DNA of 63,592 nucleotides from Girardia tigrina (GCA_001938485.1 MQRK01249292.1:1-63592), one strand, 5' to 3'; shown: positions 25,698 to 40,110, numbered from the stretch's first letter. Notes: generated by a model from the sequence alone, not told the origin. Numbers and translations: made by a program.

Positions 25698-26641
25698 TAT
25701 TGATGGAAAAGAATATTTTTTTAATAATTTCTTTTAGTAAATATTTTATAATTTTTAAATAATTCTTAAAGTATGTTTCGAAAAAATCATTTATTTAAAT
25801 TTTTTATTTATATTTAATAATTTTTAATAAATGATTTTAATTTAATTCTAGAAAATTATTTTGAATTATTAAATATTATATATATATANNNNNNNNNNNN
25901 NNNNNNNNNNNNNNNNNNNNNNNNNNNNNNNNNNNNNNNNNNNNNNNNNNNNNNNNNNNNNNNNNNNNNNNNNNNNNNNNNNNNNNNNNNNNNNNNNNNN
26001 NNNNNNNNNNNNNNNNNNNNNNNNNNNNNNNNNNNNNNNNNNNNNNNNNNNNNNNNNNNNNNNNNNNNNNNNNNNNNNNNNNNNNNNNNNNNNNNNNNNN
26101 NNNNNNNNNNNNNNNNNNNNNNNNNNNNNNNNNNNNNNNNNNNNNNNNNNNNNNNNNNNNNNNNNNNNNNNNNNNNNNNNNNNNNNNNNNNNNNNNNNNN
26201 NNNNNNNNNNNNNNNNNNNNNNNNNNNNNNNNNNNNNNNNNNNNNNNNNNNNNNNNNNNNNNNNNNNNNNNNNNNNNNNNNNNNNNNNNNNNNNNNNNNN
26301 NNNNNNNNNNNNNNNNNNNNNNNNNNNNNNNNNNNNNNNNNNNNNNNNNNNNNNNNNNNNNNNNNNNNNNNNNNNNNNNNNNNNNNNNNNNNNNNNNNNN
26401 NNNNNNNNNNNNNNNNNNNNNNNNNNNNNNNNNNNNNNNNNNNNNNNNNNNNNNNNNNNNNNNNNNNNNNNNNNNNNNNNNNNNNNNNNNNNNNNNNNNN
26501 NNNNNNNNNNNNNNNNNNNNNNNNNNNNNNNNNNNNNNNNNNNNNNNNNNNNNNNNNNNNNNNNNNNNNNNNNNNNNNNNNNNNNNNNNNNNNNNNNNNN
26601 NNNNNNNNNNNNNNNNNNNNNNNNNNNNNNNNNNNNNNNNN

Positions 26642-26689
<48 letters not shown>

Positions 26690-27320
26690 GTGTTCTGAAT
26701 CGTTTTTGTGTTATCGATTAGAATTGGTATAAATAATACACAAAAAATATAATACACAAAAACAAGATGATTAAATTTTTATTGGAGGTCCAACAGACGG
26801 AGGTCAAACGGCGGTGGCCAAACGGCAGAGGCCAAAAGTGATGTACGGAAAATTTTTAGCAAAAAATTATAATCGTAATAATATAATAAATTATAATAAT
26901 TACAATTTAAAAATTAAAATATAAACTTTCAAAGACGAAAATTCAGCTCACCCGTCATATATGACGGGCTTTTACTAGTTAGATATTATTCTTTCTGCTT
27001 TTTTATTTTTATTCTCTAATTTCTTTCTATTTCTGTATAAAAGATTAAAACGAAAACATTTAATAATGAATGTTTTTAGCATACTTTTGTAATTCTTTTT
27101 TTCAAATAACTGTTTTTAAACATTCCAGTTCAAAAATTTACTTTGGCTTACAACATAAACTTAGTTCAGATCATATTCTAAAAGATTTTTTTAGATTTTG
27201 TGTAACAATTTTTATTTTATGAAATCTATAAATGATTCCTGAATGTAAATATTTCTTAAAAATCATTATTACAAGTATCATATTATTATTATGCATCTGA
27301 AATATTTGGGTCGTTTACAG

Positions 27321-27403
27321 TACTTACCAGTTCATAATCCCAATGCAATGGAGCAGAAGGACGCAAAACTTTTTGCCAATAATGTACGAAATGAAATGGC
27401 CAG
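27321..27403 (+). CDS. LPCAT-like exon (YLPVHNP...LFANNVRNEMA)
   Basis: tacag|...AG|gttaga; matches the family motif LPVY.P...E..DA.LFA.NVR..MA. Confidence 0.93.
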
Positions 27404-27432
27404 GTTAGATTGTGATATAATTTATTATTTGA

Positions 27433-27474
<42 letters not shown>

Positions 27475-30112
27475 TTTTTATACATCTATTAATGAATTTA
27501 ATAATTCTGTTGTCATTAACATACATTTACGATAATAATTTCAGCTTGATTAATATTTTAATTGTATAATTCTCATTAAAGTAAGTTAATCAAGTGAGAC
27601 TTATTTTTTGGTAATAATTCCACTCAAACCATCACTTTCCTTTCGTAACAACATTCTGAATTACTTTATTTGTGCATAATGTTCAAATAAAACACTTTAA
27701 TACATTCGAAACAGATTAATATCCAGAGAAAAATTGGTTTATAAAACCTTTCTATTCGAATTTCGAATGGATCAGTCATGTATCTAACAATAAAACTCAT
27801 TTGGAGTTTAATAAAAGATTATTAGGTTGTGTATAAATAATGATGGTTTTTATGATTCCTTTTTTTTATTTTGTTTCTTTAAATAATTATTTTTGAATTA
27901 TATAAAAATGTTTGGTAAATCAGGGGAATGATTCAAAAATTAGTAAATCACAAAATTTAATTTTTTTATATCCATTCTTTATGCAGACAGATCTCTACTT
28001 TGCCATCAAAGTTTTAATTAAGAAAATGATTTTAAAAAACAATAAAAAAATTAATATAAAGTACTTATAATTTCTAAGTATATCTTTTTCAATTAATATT
28101 GTTCTGGAACTCCGAATATTCCGTTTTTTCCATTTTGGAACTCTAAAAAGTTTTTTTGATCAATTTTTTACGTAATCATTTATTGTCATCGAGAATGAGT
28201 AAGTGTGCCAGATGTGAAGAAAATTGATTGAGTAATAGGCCTTCAAAAATAGGTTAATAAATTCCATGAATACATATATAGAAAGTAAGCTAATAAAAAG
28301 AATGGGAAAATACAGAAAATGCATACATTCAACTGTTAAGAGATGTGTAAACTACTTATTTGTTATTTCTATATTTAAGTCAAAACATATCACAAGTTTT
28401 GTGAAACAGAAAGTGTTTTAAATGATATTTGGAGAATGAAATCAATAGAATGTCTATCAGGATTGAAGAAAATATCATAAAGGCAAGTGAGTTAGTCTTG
28501 CACAATCCATCTAGTTCGACTGGAAAGGCATCACAGGAACTATTTTTTGTTATTACCTGAAAAGATAGTAAATGGTCCAAATAGTTAGCATAATCGTTTG
28601 AAATTATCCAATAGAATTATAAAGATTTTGGAGAAAAGATAATTTGATTCTACAAAATTGTGATTTACGAGGCACACTTTCAACTACAAGGATTTATAAT
28701 AATCTATGTAGGAAAATGCAAGAATAGGGACACATTATGAGTGAAATTATTGTTCAGGAACCAGAAAGATTTGTAAATTTAATTTAAACGGAACTTGAAA
28801 GTGATTGTTTTTAAAATTGGTTATTTTAATATTCTGTAAAGTGTTTTTTCAGAATATTTTTAAAAGGTAGCATGTGACTAATTGATAATAGAGATCATGC
28901 TACATATTATGTAATTGATCAATTTATAATTGACTGTTTGTGGAGGAAATGCTTTGTTATTATTAACAATTATCGTTTAAAGTATCGGTGAATGTTTTTT
29001 TGTTTTGAAATATCTTTATTATTAATTTTCTGTTCCAATTAATCAATATTTATATTTTATACAAATTTTAAAAAACCAATTATTTAATTTAATGTATTTT
29101 TTTTATTTTGTTAAAAATGCTTTATGAAATTTTACTTCGAAATAATTGTACAAACACTTACTGGAACTTTCACAATTTAATTAAATCTATATTATTTTGA
29201 CTCAAATAACTTAATAAACCATGCACTTTGTCATTGCATTTATTCCAGTCCCTTTAGTTTATGAGAACTTGGTATTGACATTTGAGAGTTACCCTTTCAA
29301 TGTTGTGATGAATTTCTCCCTCGATTCCCGCACTAGATCGAAGTGTCAGTGAGGAATCCCAAAGCAATATCAATCAATTAAAACATTTTTTATAATTTAT
29401 TTTTGACCTTGAGAAAGACCATTTATTGTGCTCTTAAGAAAGACCGTTATGCTCCATATTCTTAAAAGTAAAGTAAAATGTAAAGGGCTACATGGAATTA
29501 TTTAAACATCGATTTTTCTTTGTTTCGGAATTTCACTTTCGCTCTTATTCCTAGTTTTCTCTCGAGGTTTTCGATGTCTTTCAGCTTTTTGTAAAGGAGT
29601 TTCATTTTTCTCATCCATTTTGCTTTTCACACTGGTTGTATTCGATTGATATAATAAGTAAAAATGTAAATCGTACTAAATTCGTATTGAAAATTGACTG
29701 AATTTAATTTAAACGAATTTATCTAAATTTTCATACGTTCTATTTGTTTCGCTTCGGATCAGGCCCTCACGTGAATAGCTGGATTAATAATAACCAATAC
29801 ACACATAACTATCAAATTTTTTAGCCGTTAATCGCGCACGTGGTATTTTGCATCAAGATAACAAGAAAGAAAGATCATTTGTTTGCATAGGGAAATTAAG
29901 GCAAGGAAAAAATACTGAGGAAGACGACTGCGACTATAATTATAATATGCCATGTATATCGTTAATTGCAACTTATTTAAGACTTGAAAATTGTTGAATC
30001 ATATTTTCGTTTGCTCAGAAACAATAGATTATTTCCAAATAAATTTATGTTAAACTTATAAATGAACACATCTCGAATTATATGAAGACATTATGTTTTC
30101 TGTACTTTTCAG

Positions 30113-30238
30113 GGCATTGGATGTTCCTGTAACTGATCATACTTACGATGATGTTCGGTTAATGAGATTAGCTAAACGATATAATTTACCACAAGCAGCT
30201 GGAATTGTCGAATTCTCCAAACTGAGCCGAAAATTAAT
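30113..30238 (+). CDS. LPCAT-like exon (ALDVPVTDHTYDD)
   Basis: ttcag|...|gttggt; family motif AL.VPVTDHTY.D. Confidence 0.93.
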
Positions 30239-30325
30239 GTTGGTCTATTTTGCATTTTATGAATTCAACAAATTGGTTTTTAAAAAAAATCTAGAATAAT
30301 TATAATTGAAGTTTTTATTTTCCAG

Positions 30326-30476
30326 GCTTAATTTTACAAATATGTCCGAGTTTATCAAATATTTTGCTGAAATATCACGGGAATTAAAAGGAAAAATTAC
30401 TATAGAAGCATTTGCTGAATATTTGGGCCTACCGATATCACCTGAAGTCGAAAAATTATTTCATATGTACGACAGG
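30326..30476 (+). CDS. LPCAT-like exon, EF-hand region
   Basis: Follows an 87-nt intron; GKITIEAFAEYLGLP...LFHMYDR|gtaatg. Confidence 0.92.
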
Positions 30477-31329
30477 GTAATGGGAAAGTTTCGTTTCTTA
30501 TATTTTAAAAAAAGTAATTCTCAAAAAGTATGATAAGGAGATAAAAATTTCAAAATTTTGTTTCATTTGAGCATAAAAAATAAATTAAAAAATATTTAAA
30601 ATTGAGACTGCTTTAGTTTTATTAGTTATAGTGCCGGAGCGAAAATGATTTATATATTAAAATCTCTCAATAGTCTAAATCAAAATTCATTTGAAAAATA
30701 GAAAATTCATCTTTTGTAATGTTTGCTTCCAGTATTAATCTATTTGACTGAGAATGCTCACTTATCCTTATTTTGATACGAATATACGTCTCTTCAATTT
30801 ACGAATTATGACATTTGTGATAATTTATTTGGTATACAAGATAAGCTTTGAGTTCATTGTGAGGAAGTTTATTCTCGGGTATATTTATTACATAATAACC
30901 CAACAACCATGGAAGTAATACCACAAGATCATTAGAACAGAACATCATTTTGATTGTAATCTATGCCAGCTGTTACTCAGGATATCAATGACATGCAGCT
31001 GGCGTTATAGAAATACTGTATCAAAAATCCATTTAAACTATTCTATGAGACTGACAAATAAGCAACGAATGGCTTCCTATTCAAAATAAAGCGGAACATA
31101 AGATGCATGATCAACACAAGAAGATTGTTCTTACTGATATATTTATTTAGAATTCGAAAGATGGCAATATCATTCTTGGAAATATATAAATAGTCTAACC
31201 AAGAGAGAAATATGGTTACCAGATGCAACCTTTAAGAATTGCCTGGATGTCTTCTAAATGTTATACACGGAAATGACACCTATAGTTGTTTCTTTATTAC
31301 TTTTGAATAAATATAAGTATAGCATAAAA

Positions 31330-31990
31330 CAGGGCTTCCAAACCTTTTTCCATGTGGACCCCCAAACAAAACTTTTTTCCGCTGTGGACCCCCAAACAAA
31401 ACTTTTTTCCGCTATGAACCTCCGGAGTTGATTTAGGTAAGATTTTTAGTGTTTATGCATTTAATTTCTAAAAATATAAAAAAAACAAAAACTTTATTCA
31501 TTTTTATTAAGCACATTAATTCAACAAAAAATCTTATTCGAATTGAACAAGCTGTCTTATATACAAAAGTATTAGTGAGTAAGCATTGTATCTGTTTACT
31601 ACTTACAAGAGCAGAAATCCGTGGCTGCAAGTAACTTAGACGAAGCCTCATCTCTGCATTATCATTCAAGTGCAAGCTCCTTCGTTGTTTTACGAATGAA
31701 TGAAGCAAAATTGAAAAGCCTTTCTCAGCCAAATTGAACGTTGGTAAATTAATGATAAAGGGTTCCACCTTATCAAACAAGATTTGATATTTGGCCGAGT
31801 TTTGCAGCCATGCCTTGATACAATTTTATTTATTACAGATGGAAACTTGTTAGAAACGTTTTAAATCATTTTGAATTCCTGAATTTTTAAATAACACTTT
31901 TTATAAATTGAATTCATAATTTTTCTGTGGACCCCCTTAATCACGTTGTGGACCCCTGGAGATCCACCCGGACTCCGTTGGGAAGCCCTG
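31330..31990 (-). mobile_element. hAT (Buster/Charlie-type) deletion derivative
   Basis: TIRs cagggcttcc / ggaagccctg with 8-bp TSD gcataaaa/gcataaag. Retains dimerisation-domain sequence (AEKGFS...MRLRLSYLQPRI). Confidence 0.85.
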
Positions 31991-32039
31991 GCATAAAGTA
32001 GCATAACAATTTTAAATTGTTATTGATTTATTAGTCGTA

Positions 32040-34210
32040 ATGACATTTATTTTGAATGTTCAAATATTTGTTGCTTTTTTTACAGTAATTTAAATTTAAA
32101 GCTATGTCGTCTTTATCACATGACAACAAAATATTCCTTATTCAGCTTTATTAGGAAAATAGAAGGAGTGACATTGCTATTTTGTCAAGGTTTAGAGTAA
32201 TTCAAGGAATTCATCATGAGCATGATGGACCCAACATTAATAGGAGTAAAAAAATTGAACAAGTAAAAAATTTGAACAAGTTAGAACAGTTGAAGCTAAA
32301 GATTTAATGATTTAAAGAAAGTTAAAGCTAAAGTTGACACTCATTAGAACAAGAAAAGATTGACAAAGTGGAAAGCATCGTTGCAGCAGATGACAATATC
32401 AACTTTACCAAAATTTCAAAACTTACAAACATTCCTCAATCAACAGTTATTGAAATCTTCCAACAACATCCCTATCTACAACATTTATCTGCATCCCTAT
32501 CGTATTCATGTCGTCAATACTCTCACAGTTAAGTAATATGAAGAACGAATTGCTTATTGTGAATCCATGCTGAAAAAGTTTTAACATTATTGGGTTCGTG
32601 ATCAAAATTCTAAGTCATAATTTGCAAACTTTATTTCTAATATAATTTCCATTATTGAAACAAATTTATGAGGAATAATATTTCAATTACATAATCCAGA
32701 TCTAAAAATTCTAAGTATAAATAATAATATCGATGTATAAATATATATATGTTATTTTCTTCAATTTTGCATAAATCTTATTTTGTTTCTGTTTTATTAA
32801 TTTTTTACAATGTTTATAAATTTAGATCTTTAAAAATATTTTAATGGTCATATCCTGTAAAAATTCAATTCCTAAATAATTTTTCTTTAATCTTAAATCA
32901 TTCCATTTTAAATTATTTTTTTAATAAAACTTTCCATTGACAATTAAATTCAATAAGATTATGATTTTTATTTTAGACTTGATTATAAAACATTCAATAA
33001 ATTATTTTTTTTTAATAAAAACTTTCCGTGTACAATTAAATTCGATAAACATTCTAATTTTATTTTTAATAGTGTTACAAAATATATCAAAATCTTCTTT
33101 GCAATATTCTTTAACTTCGAAGATGATATTTTAATTGTGAATTTTTAAAACTTAATTTTTATAAAAAATTGTCCCAATTTAATTAAAATATTATCATTAA
33201 TCTAAAATTTTTTACAAAACTTATTTCATTTTAATTAGTAACATACTATCTGTGAACTGTAATTTTTACAAAAATTATTTCAATTTAATTAGTAGATATA
33301 TTACCTATAAAATATATTTTTTATGCAATCTCATTTATTTTAATTAGTAAAAATATTATCTATAAACTTAAATTTTTTATTTAAAAAATGATTTCATTTT
33401 AATTATTCGAACATTATTTTTAATTTATCTAAAATATAAATATGATTTTTAATTTAAAAAATATCAAAAATTTAAAGTTCACCAAAAAGAACCCCAACAA
33501 ACATAATGCAACCTTTCTTAACAATGTGTTATGAATGGTGCAGTTAATACGTGGAATTATAGAATCTGGAGTTCATGCAATGCACACAAATTTAATGAGC
33601 AGCACTTATTGTCTTTTAAGGTAACAGTATGGCTTGACTTCACAAGAGACTTCAATCTCAAACCTTTTTTTCTTTGAGGAACATGATGGTGAGATTTCTT
33701 ACCTTTACAACTGACAGATACTATGAAATGATTATTAATCATGTTATTCCACGAAGAAATAATTGTCAATAACCACTTTCCAGCAGGATGGGGCAGCAAC
33801 TCATACAGATAATAAAACAAAATAACGTCTTCAAAAAAATTTTGGCGATAGGCTTATCGGAAAAGGTTTTGATTTTTCATTGCCGGTCAGAAGTTGAAAC
33901 CTGAGTGTATGTGACTTTTGGGTCTGGGGAATACTAAAATCCAAAGTTTACAATCCACCTCCAACATCTCTTACTGAACTTAAACAGAGGATTGAGCAAG
34001 TACTTTTAGGAATTAAGAAGGAAGGGGTTGTGGACAGCGTTACTTTACGTCTACGTTTGTTTATAGCTTAATGTGGTAGACATTTATTCACGATTCGACT
34101 TAATAAAATCCTTAGTTTAATGTGACATTTTCATGTGTTCATAATTTCTATAATTTGAGTTTTAATTATTTCATGCTGCATTGAAGTTCTTACTTTATAC
34201 TAACCCTGGA
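32040..34210 (+). mobile_element. Highly decayed DD41D-type Tc1/mariner element split by a solo LTR
   Basis: An HTH-like 5' part lies before 32588; FQQDGAA and CDFWVWGILKSKVY lie after 33500. Confidence 0.6.
32588..33499 (-). mobile_element. Solo LTR with 5-bp TSD (AACAT)
   Basis: Closely similar to the gypsy 5' LTR at 45437-46271; flanked by aacat on both sides. Confidence 0.85.
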
Positions 34211-34343
34211 GTAGAATAAAACATCTGATACATCGATAGTATACGTAGTATCATACACAAAGAGGATATTCAAATGAGTTCTGGTTACAACAACATGTAG
34301 TTTAATTAGTATATTACGGCGAAAACTATTGGCAATTGATCCA

Positions 34344-35560
34344 TTAGGTTGGCCAAAAAGTCATAAAACTCCATAGATAAAATTATATTTTGTTACAAAG
34401 TATTATTTACACAAAAACTTTTCATCAAATTCAGGTCATCATTGTCCACAAACATTTATTATCAATATGCTAGCTTACGGATCTGCTCGATGTACCATTC
34501 TGGCATTTTTGAATTAAAGAACATGTATTATGCTTCATCGACTTTGTCAATAGACTGAAATCCGCACCATATCATGAAATGCTGCAGTAAACGAAATAGA
34601 CCATAATCAGATGGAGTGCAGTCAGAACTCCATCAATTTTTTGAACTTTCTTCTTGGTCTAATTGTCTGAGTGCGACTTAGCATTGCCCTGCTGCATCAT
34701 GATCCTCTTCCGGTTGATAAAAGCCTGATACTAAGACTTCAACTTGTTATAAACACATAGCGGTTGTTGGCAATACCGTTCGGAGGTAATGGTGTAACCC
34801 AGTGGTTTCCAACCTGTGCGGCGCGAGATTGTTGCAAGGGGGGCATGCAGCTGTTTCCAAAATATCATTTTCGAATACAAACCAAAAAAATCGAATATAG
34901 GTGTCACAAAAAAATGAATTAACAATTTGTTTTTTTAAAGAGGGACGCACCAATTTTTTTAAAAGGGGGCGCCGGTACAAAAAGGTTGGAAACCACTGGT
35001 GTATCCATTTGAAATATGCAATTCTTTCGAAATTCCACCGGACGCAAATCATGATCTTCTTGGAAAATCGATTGCACTTCGCAACTGACATCATTAATTG
35101 ACCCTTCTGAACTCAAAGCCTGTCCTATTGTTGTTGACAAGGTACACCCACTTTTCATCTGATGTAAAAATCCTTTTCCAAAAACAATCGTAGTGAGGCT
35201 TATAAAGCAATTCACGGCGAATTTCTTATCTGTTGGCAGCTTGTGCTAAAGTTAACTCACGTGGATCTAGTCTTGACTTCGTGTGCACAAAATTCGATTG
35301 TTGCAAGTGATTTAATATTGTTTGGTGTGACTTAACACACATTTCCTTTTCTAGTTCAAGGCTGCTATTCAAAGTTTCAGCATATAAAGTGCCTTGCAAA
35401 TCTCTAACGTCAATTGTTGCTGGTCGTTTGGAACGGGACTAATCTTTTAGACTCATGCCATCAGATGTAAATTGTTTGTATCACCTTGCAATTGTAGCAT
35501 AATTTATTTTTTCCTGGCCTTCAGTATCATATATCTCTAGTTGATGAGGTGTGCTTAAAG
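34344..35560 (-). mobile_element. Decayed mariner remnant
   Basis: TIR ttaggttggccaaaaagtca; degenerate TSDEKW, SKKIMICVRWNF and SPDCTPSDYGLF-like motifs. Confidence 0.7.
34800..34998. mobile_element. 199-bp hAT MITE nested in a mariner
   Basis: Perfect 16-bp TIR cagtggtttccaacct; 8-bp TSD gtgtaacc/gtgtatcc. Confidence 0.9.
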
Positions 35561-35734
35561 CAGTACCGGATCAAAACTCAAAGCTCAATTTTGTCAACTG
35601 TTTGATCACCCTAATATTATCTTAAAATTATCGATCTCTTTTTAAATCTTCTAAACCCTTCAGAAAATGCATTTTTTACATTCTCAATATACCATGTTGG
35701 TTGCGTGATTATGAGTTTTATCCAACATTAATTT

Positions 35735-38700
35735 TATTGGGTTCGCGATTAAGATCAATGTTCGTGATTAAATTTTATTTCTATTAAAACTTTCCTTATA
35801 CAAACAAATTTATGAGGAACAATATTTTTAGTTTGCATAAACCAGATTTAAAAATTCTAAATATAAATACAAAAATAAATTTTATTTTATTAAGTTTTGT
35901 ATATATTATATTTTGTTTTTTAGAGTATTTATTAAAATAAAACATAATTTAGATCTTTCAAAATATTTTTGGAAAATCTAATGTTAAAATTAAATTCATA
36001 AATTATTTTTATTCCTAATTTATTTTTTAAAACATTCAATTATAAATTATTTTTATATAACCTCTAGTTTACAATTAATTTCAATAAAGCATTGTCATTA
36101 TGATTTTTTTTAAATTAGTTTTATAAGAAGTATTATTTAATCCAGTGTTTCTCCACCTTTTTGAGTTAGTGACTCACTTAAAAGACCGTTAAATTTTTGT
36201 GACAGACCACAAATGAAAAGGCATTTGTTTTTCAAAATAATAACACATTTTTATACATGTGAAAATGATTTATTTATAAATTTTGTTGCAAATTTCATGA
36301 AACAAATACAGTTAACATTCCAAATACTCAATGTAACTATTATGATACATATTTATAATTTGAAAATTGTCTCATTTAATGAGATACTTGTGCTTAGTGA
36401 TGTTCGCATAATTTTTTGATGCGCGTTTCAATGTTGGATAAAACTACACTGAGCTATTGTTCTAGAAATAAAGGTCTTTCTCCTTTTTTTTCGATTTCAG
36501 TAATAACTGAATATCCCAATTCGCATGGATGTGAAGTCGAGAAAGGTAAGAAAATGTCCAACGCAATTTTTGATATATTTGGAAATTAAGGTGATATTTT
36601 TATCCAAAATGAAGATATATTGTTTTCGTCAAAATTTAGTTTTAAACTTGTCATTTTTAATATGTAACGGATATTTCCAAATTACTATCCAGGATACTAT
36701 TAAATAGTATCCACAAAGAATATATTTGAAGAGGTGATTTTTTAGAAAATAGTGATAGTATTTGGATTTAATTTTAATTTAATTGAATTATTTAAGTTAA
36801 AATTATAAAATATCGTATTTTTATTGGCAGAAACATGATTATTTTTAATATTATTACTATAGTATTTTAAGAATGTGAATACTATTTGGAATATGGATTT
36901 TATTTGGAAATATCCGTAATTAGTTCTTCTTCTGTCGAGAAAGAGAAATGATTTTCGTTAATATCGTTATTTAAAAATGGATTTCTGACCCAGTCGTATT
37001 TTCTGACATCTGTAGAGGCAAAAAAATGCAGAATTATGTTTTACAAAGTTGTGAGTGTTTCAGTAATTAGTTGTAAAATATTATTATCACATTTAACTTT
37101 TGATGTTAGAGAAAACATTTTTAATTTCTTATCTTGTATTCTTCTAATCCACATACTTAATTTATCATTAAAAAAATTGATTTTGTCACAGGATAATAAA
37201 ATATTTTCTTGTTTTCCCTGCATTTTTAAATTTAATTTAATAGATCTGCTAAAATGGTAACTTTGAACACCATAAATTGTCTTTCAAATAATCACTACCT
37301 ATTTTGTTCTGACGTAAAATAAACAAGTAATTCTTCTTGTAATTCATAAAATCAAGATAGTACTTTTCCATTAGATAACCACGGAGCTTCAGTGCGCATT
37401 AACAATGTTAAGTGAGCTGCATTCATAGCTTCGAATAATTTAGAAAATAGTCAGCATTTCAGGGCTTACTTTTAATAAAATTGACAACTTGTATTACTTG
37501 CTGATAAACAGTTTGGAAGTCAGCGGCCAGACATTTTGAGATTAATGCTTTTCTATGTAAAAAACGATGAGTAGTAATTATATCAGGATTTTGTTCCTTA
37601 ACAATAGTAATAAATCCTCTTATTCAGTCCGCCATTCATCTTTATCAGTACAAGTACTTGTGCAAGATTTCCAAATCAAATTATAAGATTGTTATTGTAA
37701 GGAGATACAAGTCATTTTCAAAGATTTATTTATATCCACAATTATGCCATATTATTTAAACAACAATTCAGGAGAATTAATAAAATATTGTGAATCCTTT
37801 TTAAATAAAAATATCAATATGTATTTAATATAATATAGATTGTTTATAATTAGTCATCCTTACAGTTATATCGATTATTTTCGCAGTACACCGTCTATCA
37901 TAAATAAATTAATTTAAATTTTTTGAAAAAATGATTTAAAAATGATCAAAATAATTATTAACAAATATTTTTAATTTTTAGTAATAATATTTTTTATAAA
38001 AATGTTTAAAAAAACTCTAACCCTCACAGGGTTTAGATTTCTTTTGCGACACACTTGAGTCAACTTCGCGACACAGGGGTTTGAGAAACACTGATTTAAT
38101 TTATTGTAAAATTAATGTCATCAAAATATTTAATCTATTTTACTTAGTAAAATATATAGATGTATAGATTTCTGAAAATTAATTTCAATAAAAGATTTAT
38201 TTTGATTTTTTTAAAACTTAATTTTATAAAAAGTAATTCGATAATCTATTGTAAAATTAATTTTGTCAAGAGAACTCACACCTGTGATAAAACATTTATT
38301 ACATTCACAGTTTTGATCATCTATATGACAAGCAATAGTATTGATTTCACTTAAATTTATCACACAATGTCTAATACTTCTCATTTCCAATCTGAGTTAA
38401 CTTGAAGAGAATTATTTTATTTAAAATATTTAATTTAAATTTTATTGGTTTAAAATAAAATTACTTTTCATAATCATTTTTAAACATTAATTTGATTTTA
38501 ATTATTTAAAAATTTACAAAAATAAAATTATTTAAAATTTACAATAATAATAAATTAAAAATTTGAATATTAAATCTAAATTTGAATAAATTAGTTTCAG
38601 ATTATAAGAATTAAAATATTAATCATCCATCTGATTAGGAGAAACACAATTCCAAATCAACAAACAACATTTAAGCATGCAAATACTTTCCAAAAAACAT

Positions 38701-38919
38701 CTACACACCAAATATTCCTCACAAATTTTAGAAAAATATTTATTTCCATTTTGATTTTGAACTTAAATTATACTCATTCATTTTAATTAGAGTTTCCCTT
38801 TTTTCTAATTGATTTTCTAAAACTTGTGTTATTTTAATTATTTTAACTTATCTTAACTATAAATATGATTTTCATTTTACAATTTTCAAAAATATAAATT
38901 TCACCAAAAACCCCTTACA
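35735..38919 (-). mobile_element. Solo LTR (same family) interrupted by a hAT element
   Basis: Starts tattgggttcgcg and ends caccaaaaaccccttaca; near-TSD aattt/aactt. Confidence 0.65.
36143..38093 (-). mobile_element. hAT Buster/Charlie element, decayed
   Basis: TIRs cagtgtttctc / gagaaacactg with 8-bp TSD atttaatc/atttaatt. Remnant motifs VVNFIKS, TEAPWLSNGKVL and LKMQGK. Confidence 0.85.
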
Positions 38920-39761
38920 AACTTATTATTAGTCCACGTCTAGATAGAATGATAGTTTGTTAAAGATGAATTTTTTTCAGAAAAAATTTTTTTACTCAAA
39001 ATTACTCAATTTGCGGCACCGATCGGTGTCTGATGATTTGGAGTGACACCGTAAAATCTTAATAGAATGATCGATTTATATTTGGTTATGTTTCCATCGA
39101 AGTGTTTATTTTTTGGAGACAATGAGATTCGTATCATTCATGATTGTAAACGATAAACTTTTATAAAAATCAATTTTGAAGCGGTATTACTTTAAAATGT
39201 TACTTTATGTTTTGCCATTAATTTAAGCTTTTATTATTAGCATTGATTATTAGCATTGATCTAATTTCAGATAATGATCAAGTTTATCCGACGAAATCTA
39301 TCACAATAAGTTTTGATGATCGTTTTTTGTCTTGAATTTTTATTTGCCTCATTTTTTATCGAACACTGACATTAAACTAAAGTTGGTTAAAATCAACGAT
39401 TACAAGGTAAACAAGAGGGGTAAAAAGGAGCATGTTAAGTTCGTAGAAATTACATTTTCTGAAGAGTTTAGTAAATTTAAAAATCACGTAAGAATAAGAA
39501 AATTCAAAAAACTATAGACATGTTTTTAACATATTTTTATTTTTTTTCTATTATGATAACACATATAAATGTCTTTCAAAAGAATTCAAGTTAAATGACA
39601 ACCTTATTAAATATGATAAAAGATAAGATAGATCTTAGATTTCAGGAAAATATTCGATTTAATTTATAATTTGTGACAAATTCGTTATTTTTGTGTTCCC
39701 TATAAAATTATATGTATTCAGTCTTTTATCTATGTTAATTAAAATGCATAATCATTTCAAG

Positions 39762-39860
39762 AATCGTACTGGTTATATTGATTTCCGAGAATATGTCATT
39801 GGAATGTGTCTTGTGACAATGCCAGCAAATACTGAAGAATCACTTCGATTGGCTTTTGAA
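39762..39860 (+). CDS. LPCAT-like exon, EF-hand ((DR)NRTGYIDFREY)
   Basis: tcaag|AAT CGT ACT GGT...GAA|gtctac; completes a canonical EF-hand loop. Confidence 0.93.
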
Positions 39861-39914
39861 GTCTACTTTTTATTGATCACTGCTTTGTATTACCTTTCCA
39901 TTGGCACATTCTAG

Positions 39915-40056
39915 ATGCTTGACCACGACCAAACTGGAGAAATAAGCGAAGAAGAGTTCATTGTAGTAATGAATAAAGCCTTTAATATGGAGCATTACGC
40001 AAGCATAAGATTATTTCAAGAAATGGACATCTCGAATACGGGAAGTGTCAGTTACG
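39915..40056 (+). CDS. LPCAT-like exon, EF-hands (DHDQTGEISEEE; DISNTGSVSY)
   Basis: 54-nt GT-AG introns on both sides; in frame. Confidence 0.92.
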
Positions 40057-40110
40057 GTACAGTTTGAAGAATAAAGATATAAAATTTCTATTTTTATATT
40101 TAATGTCTAG

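Larger units (their letters stand above)
23447..26978 (+). mobile_element. Putative non-autonomous Helitron with nested elements and a gap
   Basis: 5' tatatacataata...tgtttgtc start, internal ~63-bp direct repeat (23510/23821), 3' hairpin cccgtcatatatgacggg then CTAG|T. Confidence 0.45.

Noticed and set aside
25876-26757. 293-aa ORF, and similar ORFs around 8652-9132
   Set aside because: Artefacts of translating N gaps and (TA)n.
39015-39052. ctgatga within a ggtgtc/gacacc hairpin as a hammerhead or C/D RNA
   Set aside because: No GAAA/stem III arrangement and no clear D box.
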